DNA of 57,427 nucleotides, the filler included, from Basidiobolus ranarum (lineage: Eukaryota): the NCBI GenBank assembly GCA_040143965.1. It is 5 parts of 5 records of this genome, joined end to end, with 100 filler letters (N's around TTAATTAATTAA, not from the genome) between each part and the next. Parts side by side here need not be neighbours in the genome. Positions count along the whole stretch, not along the records: positions 46,042 to 57,427 come from JASJQH010007493.1; 4 more parts are not named here. The stretch is one strand, 5' to 3'. The translations under genes and the position numbers were made by a program. The number at the start of each line of letters is the position of its first letter. Positions within the stretch are counted from its first letter, which is position 1. The notes beneath the pieces were generated by a model. It had not been told where the DNA came from, searched no databases, and saw nothing but the letters and a program-made list of their open reading frames with translations. Below are positions 48,913 through 57,427 of the stretch, piece by piece.

Positions 48913-50793
48913 TGAGAGATTGGCGATTTTTGGCTGAGTGCTAATTTGTAGACTTTACTAATTTCGTGCACAAAAAAAGAAGATTTTCCATTCAGATATA
49001 ACGACAATTTTTGTGAAAATATTTAATATGCCAGAAATTTAAAGGATAATTAAAATCATGGATTATATGTTGAGCAGATGATTAGTATATCACTAAGTGA
49101 TTCTTTAATCTTCATCTCAAATAGTATGTTCAGGTAGAGAGGGTATCATCACATATACTCAGGTAGTAACTGCAATAACATTATTGTTAGCAATAAAGAC
49201 ACAAGGGTTGCGAAGAGTGTGAGAGGTAATTGGAGAAAACACTGGTAAATACAATTGACGAGTTTGGCAGGGAGAACACCAATATTGATATGGCCCAAGG
49301 GCTGGGCAAGCTGTGATGAGGTCTCCTTGCACGTTGAACTGGTCAACGGGGAGCCCTATAACATTCTTTCACATGTCGATAGTGCAATGGTAAGAAGATT
49401 CATAGGATTCCGATGGCATGTATTGTTGCCATCCTGGCCTGCGATGATAAACGGCAAGGATGGACTACAAAACTTACTGATTCCTTACCAAGGCCATCGA
49501 GCTTGACCGCACGGTCGACCTAGCTATAATTGTTAGAATAAGGATGGCCCTCTTACGATCAAAAATGTTAATTGGGTCCACAGGATCTCAAACTCAATGG
49601 AACTACACAACTTCTGGTCAAGCCACTGAGCATCACTGCCTATTGAGCTCAGTAGCTAATCATCTTTAGCACCTCTGAACCAGATCTCAATGAGCGCTTT
49701 ACCCCTATCTTGACGATCTAGTAAACAGCTCTCGTCCCAGCATCATGCTGTATAATAGGTGTAATCCAGCGCCACCTAGAGTTAGATCTAACTAGCAAAC
49801 TTCATGGAACTTTCGAGAAATAATTCTTCGTCTGACGTCTATAATAGATTCAATTAAGTTGAATGTATAACTTGGATTGTACCAATTACAACTAATTGAA
49901 ATATGTTTAAATACACTTGAATGTCATTGATGTTGCCTATCCGTCTGTTGCTATCGAGTCTTGGCCACTTATCGTAGTCTTTAAGTCTTGAAGCGCTAGT
50001 TGGTGATATTCTTTTAGTAAGACTATTTCTGTAGTTCAGCGTGGCGGTACATCAAGTAAAGCTTGTTCGCAGGCTAGCGAAATTTTCAGGGCCTCTGTAA
50101 TACATTCTATCATTGAAGCTGTAGGCAGTATAATTTTCGCACATCCATCCCAGAATTCTGCCACAGAGTGTGGGTTATAGACTAGAAAATTCTCGAGTTG
50201 TAAATTTTTCAAATGCTAAAACCAAATTGTATTGAAAAACATTTTGATCGAATTCATGAGCATTTGCTCAGGCCAGTTTGGTATTTTTATCACGGATTAT
50301 CAGCAGATGTTAACAAACACGATGAGCTTAATCGCTAGCTTCACATGCCAAAAGGTTTGAACACAACCTTTAAAACTTCAAAATCTTCTCAGTACCATGT
50401 AAGCCATGACATAGTTCAAGTTTTCAGTGAGGCAAATCTGATAGGATTTTCGATTTTGGACAGGAAACCATATTTTGGGATTTTGGGATGGAACTGCCTG
50501 AGCTTACATCAGTGGAATTTCCAATTTCAAGATGATCACTGATCAACCTAACAATCATCTTATTTCTATTTTGCATCTTGTTATTCTATATCAATTATTC
50601 TTGTGTGTTTGCTGTCTTTACTAACGACCACTTCTCTAACGGTTAAATCTTTCTTTTCAATCTCCAGCTTGCAATTGGATCCCTATTTTTATATACGAGT
50701 GTAGTGAAAATAATTGGTGCCTCTCGATTCGTTTGACAGTGATTTCGTAGACATTTTGTTCTCCCTAGCTTTCATTTTGTGTTTTCTGTAGAA

Positions 50794-51725
50794 ATGAGAT
50801 TACTAATTCTTGAAGATTTCGACAAAGTCAGTTACCATGTTGGTAAGTTCAGTAATATTTTCGTTTTACCCTTTGCCATCGCTAACACATCCTACTTGCA
50901 GCCAACTATATAAAAAAACGTATAATTCAGTTCAATCCTTCCTCAGAACGCCCTTTTGTCCTAGGTCTTCCCTGCGGTTCCAGTCCTATTGGTGTTTATC
51001 GTTATCTGATTGAGTTTTGTCGTACCGGGCAACTCTCCTTCAAAAATGTCGTCACATTCAACATGGACGAGTATGTAGGTCTACCCAAAAATCATCCTGA
51101 AAGTTACCACACATTCATGTGGGTGCACTTGTTTCGTCACATCGATATACCTACAGAAAACGTCAACTTTTTGAACGGGAATGCTTCCAATCTAGATGAG
51201 GAGTGTCAAAGATATGAAGATAAGATTCGTTCAGTTGGTGGCATTGAACTCTTCTTGGGTGGAGTTGGACCCGATGGTCACCTGGGATTTAATGAGCCTG
51301 GATCATCCTTACACTCGCGGACTCGACCCAAAACTTTAGCATATGAAACTATTCTAGCGAATGCCCGATTCTTTGATGGTGATCTTGTTAAAGTGCCCAA
51401 ACTCGCTCTGACAGTCGGCGTGACGACAGTCATGTCCGCACGTGAGGTCTGCCTGATCATCACCGGGCAACACAAAGCCGTAGCGTTGGCGAAATGTATT
51501 GAAGAATGCGTTAATCATGTCTGGACAGTATCATGTATTCAACTACACCCTTCTGCTTTGATTGTTTGCGATGAAGATGCGACGCAAGAACTACATGTCA
51601 AGACAGTGAAGTATTTCAATAGTATTCAACAAGTCCAACAGCAGATCATCGGCCCCGAAAACATAGGCTTGAAGGGCTCCGTCAAAAGCTTCCACCCTAA
51701 TTGGCTAGATCGTGTTCATTATTGA
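50794..51725 (+). CDS. NAG1: Glucosamine-6-phosphate deaminase (NagB/GNPDA); intron 50843-50901
   Basis: [86 protein letters not shown]. Confidence 0.95.
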
Positions 51726-52665
51726 AGTTGGTGAGTATGGGGTATGGTGTGGTGTTGCTAAAAATACTATAGGCTTCGCCATTTTCTTCGTTACTCTAAG
51801 CTGGTTACCTATCTATCCTTTGAAAAATCCATAAAAATAGAGAACACGATAAATATCTTGGCACTACTTGTTGAATAAATATGCAAGTTGATCAACGAAT
51901 CCAATAAAATACTTTACAATGAACCCGTTGTTGGAATTGGTGGCGTTTTTATCCCTGACTTCCAAGGTTTCTTGGACATCAATATATCGATTGTCAAGGC
52001 AATGACTATACTACACGTTGTGATTGAAATGTCATGCAAATCATTTGTTGCTATCTTACATGGGCTTTGTTTACAATCGAGGTTTCATCTCATCGAGCCC
52101 ATGGTCTAATGGAGAATGCGGGCGGTGATGTACATGGAGCAGATCTTGATTGGCCATCTCGGTTATATTAATGAAGATGTTGTAATGGGCGATTCTTGGA
52201 CTATCATTTCCTGACCATGATAAACACGAGTTGCATCTGATAAAGTAATAATTATAAAAAACCATCATTGCTTCATCAAGCAACGTGTTTCATCATAATT
52301 CGCAATCATATCACTCTTTACTTAGTGCTGGATCCAGGAACTCGTACATACATTATTTGAATCTCAATTGTTACCGCCGCTACAACAAATTCAGAGATTC
52401 ATGTTTATAGATTGCATGTTAAAGTGGTGTATGGAAATAAGAAACTGGATACGGGGAAATCCCCGTATTTGTTGGGACTAAATGCCCGTAGTAGATTTGA
52501 CACACTATCAACTTGACCTCTGCTCACCAAGCTGGACTTGACTCTACAATTAGTATTTAAAATGAACGCTTTACCAAATATACGATCACAGCTTGATTCC
52601 ACCTCGAGCTTACTAACCCCTTGAATTCCTTAACCCCCTCTTTAAATTTTAATTGGATAACCAAA

Positions 52666-53534
52666 ATGAAAATTACCATAACTGTAACATTCATTGTTGC
52701 ACTACTCTCCAACCAACTCCTTCTTGTGAGCAGTGATAATGGTGAGTTTTCACAAGTACCAATGAGGTGCAAATAAGGCTAATGCTGAGTATTTTAGTAG
52801 AGAAATGTTTATCTCATAGCAAAGAAAAGACTGATAACCAACAACTGATGTCTTGCGCAACAGACTGTATCGGTGTACCCAATCCCTCTCCGGAAGATGG
52901 TACGTCTCCTTGTTCATAAACAAAATACTCAAAATAATACTGAAATGAATATCTACTTTTAGTCAAACGAACCGCTGAATGTACTAAAAAATGTGGTAGC
53001 AATGTTAATTGCCATATCGGTTGTATTCGAGAATATTTTCAAAAAGGAAATACCGAAGGGGCTTATACCGGCGAATACGACGGAAAAGATAATTCCCATA
53101 AAGATGTGAAGAAGCATGGTCATGAAAAAGAGGATAAAAATGTGTCTACTTCGGACCACAAACAGTCCAAGGGCGATCACAATCAAGCCAAACCCGAGAA
53201 AGAAGCCAAAGTCTCCACTGAAGTCTCCAAAAGTTTAGTAGGCGCTCAACAGACATCTGGTATATCTGCGATCTCTCCATCGAAAACAAGTCAGGTTGCG
53301 GGTGCTTCAACAATAGTTCCAATAGCATCCACACCTGCACCATTCTCAGTCCCATCGGCTGCTTTTCCATTTTCAGCCGGATTTTCCTCGAACAAAGCAC
53401 CCTTTTCCTCCTTCTCGTCATCGAAGCCAAATAAGACTGGAACACGGAGTGCGAGCAGTGGAAGTTTTAACGCCATTTCTCTCTTATCCACCTTCTTAAT
53501 ACCTTGGATTAGTTATCGTGGTGTTACCGCATAA
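52666..53534 (+). CDS. Secreted Cys-domain, Ser/Thr-rich, probably GPI-anchored protein; introns ~52742-52797/52800 and 52900-52962
   Basis: Signal peptide MKITITVTFIVALL, then CATDCIGVPNPS..TAECTKKC..CHIGCI, a S/A/P-rich stalk and a hydrophobic C-terminus. Splice phases are consistent with the ORF ending at 53534. Confidence 0.8.
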
Positions 53535-54281
53535 CAAAGATATTTAGATTATATACTTTGATACATCCAGAGGCTTTATTTAATTCACTGTAAATCTTTT
53601 AAAGTAATATCTAATCAAGAAAGAGTAATCTCATCGCGTTGAATTCTTATTCCATATGGCTATGTTGTTTCGGCTTAATATCATAGAGCTCTTTGAATAT
53701 TCTGACAAATCTTTGACCTTCAAACCAATTGTCATTCAATAGCTGGCTTTGCGCAACCAACTGCTATCTTTGATCCAGAAATAATTACTTACAAACTGAG
53801 CCAACCGTTCAGTATACATGATCGTAGCCGAGTATGCTATTAATACATGTAGTGCAAAATTTCAAGTGAGTATCGGTTGAAAAATAGCCCTGTAAAGTGA
53901 CAAGGCTCTCCACGTATTTAAATTAATTTCTTATTTTTTGACGTAAATTGCCATTAAAATAGTAATTGTAGAAAGGGTGTACATTACTTTATACACCGTG
54001 GGGTTGAATGACACTATTCGATAGTACATTGAAGCTTTCATTGGATAAAAAAGAGCGAATTCCTAATGAATAGCACAAATAACTTTAAGTAAATATCTTT
54101 CTTGAAGTAGTCTCAGAAAATTTAATCTAAAGACCTCACGTTAGAAGCATTCACTGCTCCAAAAATAACCCAAACCACGGTAAAGCCGAGAGATGGGTTT
54201 ATCTCATACCATACGAGACAGTATAAATATACGGTAACATAGGTACGAAAAAGTCAAAAACATCTCTCCTCGATTTAAAAT

Positions 54282-55472
54282 ATGCAATCTAAAGCCATTA
54301 TCTTGTTGTGCTCTGTCCTACTTAGTTTATCTAACTCGGTAACGGCTCAGAGTTCTTCTTTGGTATCCAGCTCTAGTGCTGTAGTCAGTTCTAGTACCAT
54401 TGTGGGTGAGCCTTCGTCAAGCACTGTCTCTGTCGTTAGTGTCTCGACTGGTAGTACTACTGAAAGCACCTCCGTTATTCCCGGAAGCACCAACTCCGTA
54501 ACTGTTCCTGGCTCTAGTGGGATTTCAGTAATCCCTGGCACCACTATATTGTCTACCGCATCCAGTCTAACCTCACTATCGACAGAATCAGATAGCACTC
54601 TGACTAGTGTTGTTTCGTCACCACTTGTTACCTCATCGGGGCCTGGATCGACTGAAACAACCGTAACTAATACTGTGGCTACTAGTACTGCCATATCATC
54701 CACAAGTTCTGTTTCTCAGGTTATTTCCACGATCACTCCGGCAACTACTACCGTATTTTCCACTGTAGCTACTAATACCATCGTCTCCGGAACAGATACA
54801 TGCCTGTCCATCTCAACTTCTGTTGTCACTCCATGTGAGACTAGTGTGCCTACCCATGATGAAGGCGGCGATGACTGTGACGATGACAATGGCGACGATA
54901 ATGAAGATGATTGTGATGACGATAATGAAGGCGACTGTGATGACGATGGTGACGATGACAATGGTGACGATGACATTGGTGATGATAATGAGGACGACTG
55001 TGATGACGATGACAATGGCGACGATAATGAAGACGACTGTGATGACGACGACGATCATACTTCAGATCATCATAAGGATAAAGATAGTAACCAAGACGAC
55101 GATGACTGCGATGACGATGATAGTGATGGCTCTGGCCATGGTGATCACAAGGGAAAATCCAAGAAGGATGACTCTGATGATGATGACCATAAGGGAAAAT
55201 CCAAGAAGAATGACTCTGGTGATAGTGATCACAAAGGAAAATCTAAGAAGGATGACTCTGGTGACGGTAATCACAAGGGGAAAACCAATGATCAGGACAA
55301 AGATTCAGGAAAAGAGAGCTGTGAGCATGGAACATACGTGTGCAAAGATGCTAATTATCAACAATGTATCAATGGCAAGTGGGTAGACAAAAACTGCAGC
55401 TCAGGAACTAAATGTTGCAAAGTATCCGATAAGTCAGTAATTTGCGTTTATGGCGATAAAGATTCGTTCTAA
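54282..55472 (+). CDS. Secreted modular protein: Ser/Thr-rich, Asp-rich repeats, HKGKSKK repeats, CBM19-like C-terminal domain
   Basis: Signal peptide, C-terminal SCEHGTYVC..YQQCINGKWV..CSSGTKC typical of fungal CBM19-like modules, and TATAAATA at 54222. Confidence 0.85.
   Translation: MQSKAIILLCSVLLSLSNSVTAQSSSLVSSSSAVVSSSTIVGEPSSSTVSVVSVSTGSTTESTSVIPGSTNSVTVPGSSGISVIPGTTILSTASSLTSLSTESDSTLTSVVSSPLVTSSGPGSTETTVTNTVATSTAISSTSSVSQVISTITPATTTVFSTVATNTIVSGTDTCLSISTSVVTPCETSVPTHDEGGDDCDDDNGDDNEDDCDDDNEGDCDDDGDDDNGDDDIGDDNEDDCDDDDNGDDNEDDCDDDDDHTSDHHKDKDSNQDDDDCDDDDSDGSGHGDHKGKSKKDDSDDDDHKGKSKKNDSGDSDHKGKSKKDDSGDGNHKGKTNDQDKDSGKESCEHGTYVCKDANYQQCINGKWVDKNCSSGTKCCKVSDKSVICVYGDKDSF
54858..55290 (+). 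repeat. Coding tandem repeats (six DCDDD units; ~3.5 copies of a 42-nt HKGKSKKDDS unit)
   Basis: Directly visible in DNA and protein. Confidence 0.85.
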
Positions 55473-55769
55473 TTAGATATTTATATCTCGCTGTTGTATC
55501 AAAGTTGATCTATGATAACAAGACTTCTAAGAATTCTTTATTATTTGTCTTTCAATCAACCAATAAAAGTATTTAATTGAACCAAGTTATTCTATAGACA
55601 TTGGCAAGCACCAGGAAAATAGTTGGGCTGTATTCGGTGTGTGTGATCTCCAGTTAACAACTACTCAAATTATAATATGCATAAAATCTAATTATTTATT
55701 GGTACAATCGTGTGCTCTTGAAAGAAGCTTACTGTAAAGTGTTGGAGATTTTGTAATACTAGGTTCTAT

Positions 55770-57395
55770 CTAACAATCTTCTAAGATTAACTTTGGTAAA
55801 ATATTCATGCTTTGCAATTCTTGGAACAGTAGTTTAGCAGCGTAAGGGATGGTCATTTTCACGATTCGCTTACTGGATTTACAGTACTGACACCAGCCAC
55901 TATAACCCAAGAGACCACATTCCTCACAAACATGAACCTCAAAAGCGTCAGAGGAAATCATCAAACGCTCAAGGAGTAACATACTGGCACCATAACCAAT
56001 AAGACAATCACGCTCCATCTCACCAAGACGGAGACCACCATCACGAGAACGTCCTTCTGTCGGCTGACGAGTCAGTACAGCACGGGGTCCACGAGCGCGA
56101 GCATGCATTTTATCCATTACCATGTGCTTTAACTTTTGGTAATAAACAGGGCCAAAGAAGATATATGCAGATAACGGTTCACCAGTGATACCTGAAGTAA
56201 CGTAATCTTTTCCAGAGTAACTGAAACCGTTATCAATAAGAATCTGACTCATGTCCTCAACCTTGCTACCACCAAATGCAGTTCCATATTGAAACTCTCC
56301 CTTTAGTACACCTGCCTTACCAGCAAGCAACTCGATCATTTTCCCGACAGTCATACGGGATGGGAAACCATGCGGATTCATAATGATATCAGGACAAACA
56401 CCTTGATCTGTGAAAGGCATATCTTCTTGGTTGACAATAATGCCACATACACCTTTTTGTCCATGTCTGGAACTGAATTTATCACCAAGCTCAGGACGGC
56501 GAGTTTGACGTATGAGTACTTTGATGAGAGTTTGATCATTTTCACTGGTGGTTAGAAGTACTTTGTCGATATATCCAGGAGCTGGAGATTTATAAGACAT
56601 AGGTGCAGCCTTGAAGGCTCCATCGCTGACGCCCGCGGGAGTTCCAACACCAACATCCATACTGGTGTTAACTGGAGTCTGCTTGTTAATATAAACTTGG
56701 CCAGGGTTTACACGTTCCCCAACGCCACATATACCGTCTGCTTCTAAAATATCAAACTTTTCGGGGATAAATCCTTCGGCATCCACAGGAGGGTCAGCCA
56801 AGCGATCGTAAGTTCCATTGGCGTATTTACGGACCATCGTAGCATACTTTCGCATAACCTGGCATCTTCCGAAACCACGATCTAAAGATGCTTTATTCAG
56901 TACTAAGGCATCTTCAATATCGTAGCCAGAGTAAGACATAACAGCGACAGTGGCATTTTGACCGGCAGGCAATTTATCATAACCGATCAATTCAATAGTC
57001 TTGGTTTTAACGAGTGGTTGCTGAGGATATACCATAAGATAAAGCAAGGTGTCAATTCTATTCAACTGATTGTAACCGATTACTCCAATTGCTTGTTTAC
57101 CCATAGCGCATTGGTAGGTATTACGAGGACTTTGATTATGATGAGGATATGGAATTAAACCAGCGACAGCGCCAAGGATGGTAAATGGTTCAATCTCAAC
57201 ATGCGTAGTTTCAGGAATGATCTCATTTTCGTAAAGGGCGATGTTGGAATCATTCTCTTCGTTCACATCTAGGTATTCTACAAGGCCCATTCGGAGGAAA
57301 TCATCGAAAGCCAACTTTCCAGCGACTAGCTCCTGTATGTGAATTTCTTTCACGCGACTCTTCTGGTTCTCAACAATAATGAGTGGTCGACAGAT
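55770..57395 (-). CDS. RET1: RNA polymerase III second-largest subunit (RPC2/C128), 5'-partial
   Basis: [83 protein letters not shown] and [15 protein letters not shown]. Confidence 0.95.
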   Translation of the reverse strand: MCRPLIIVENQKSRVKEIHIQELVAGKLAFDDFLRMGLVEYLDVNEENDSNIALYENEIIPETTHVEIEPFTILGAVAGLIPYPHHNQSPRNTYQCAMGKQAIGVIGYNQLNRIDTLLYLMVYPQQPLVKTKTIELIGYDKLPAGQNATVAVMSYSGYDIEDALVLNKASLDRGFGRCQVMRKYATMVRKYANGTYDRLADPPVDAEGFIPEKFDILEADGICGVGERVNPGQVYINKQTPVNTSMDVGVGTPAGVSDGAFKAAPMSYKSPAPGYIDKVLLTTSENDQTLIKVLIRQTRRPELGDKFSSRHGQKGVCGIIVNQEDMPFTDQGVCPDIIMNPHGFPSRMTVGKMIELLAGKAGVLKGEFQYGTAFGGSKVEDMSQILIDNGFSYSGKDYVTSGITGEPLSAYIFFGPVYYQKLKHMVMDKMHARARGPRAVLTRQPTEGRSRDGGLRLGEMERDCLIGYGASMLLLERLMISSDAFEVHVCEECGLLGYSGWCQYCKSSKRIVKMTIPYAAKLLFQELQSMNILPKLILEDC

Positions 57396-57427
57396 TCATA
57401 ACAGCGACAAATTCCAACAATCCACCT

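Noticed and set aside
49150-49780. Possible gene fragments between the EngB and NagB genes
   Set aside because: I could not build a consistent spliced frame or recognise any motif.
54347-55386. Overlapping ORFs rich in M/T/V/I/S
   Set aside because: They are alternative-frame readings of the low-complexity repeats in 54282-55472.
31956-55472. GlcNAc/hyaluronan gene cluster (HAS-like + NagB + CBM19-like protein)
   Set aside because: The HAS-like gene lies on a different size-sorted contig from the other two, so the proximity is artificial.

Overview
Eukaryotic, intron-containing, AT-rich DNA. Gene content and intron style suggest an early-diverging fungus (Zoopagomycota/Mucoromycota-like; inference). 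The window is not one locus: it is five contigs of steadily decreasing length (11421, 11416, 11409, 11395, 11386 bp) joined by artificial 100-nt N/TTAATTAATTAA/N linkers. Contig 1: Set3-like PHD-SET protein (3'-partial), App1 phosphatidate phosphatase, secreted M64 metallopeptidase. Contig 2: Qri7 (3'-partial), eIF5 with a poor-context uORF, MCU-family channel, F-box/LRR protein. Contig 3: deleted Ty1/copia element, secreted SMP-30/gluconolactonase, orphan 7TM receptor, and a class I hyaluronan-synthase-like gene cut at its 3' end by a CpG-poor insertion. Contig 4: NmrA-like reductase, a CpG-poor repeat relic, PARP. Contig 5: two GPI-type proteins, EngB GTPase, glucosamine-6-P deaminase, an Asp-rich secreted protein with a CBM19-like tail, Pol III RPC2 (5'-partial). 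The most notable signals are the fungal hyaluronan-synthase-like gene, near-total CpG loss confined to repeats, and the eIF5 uORF. All family calls come from motif recognition by eye; no searches were run.
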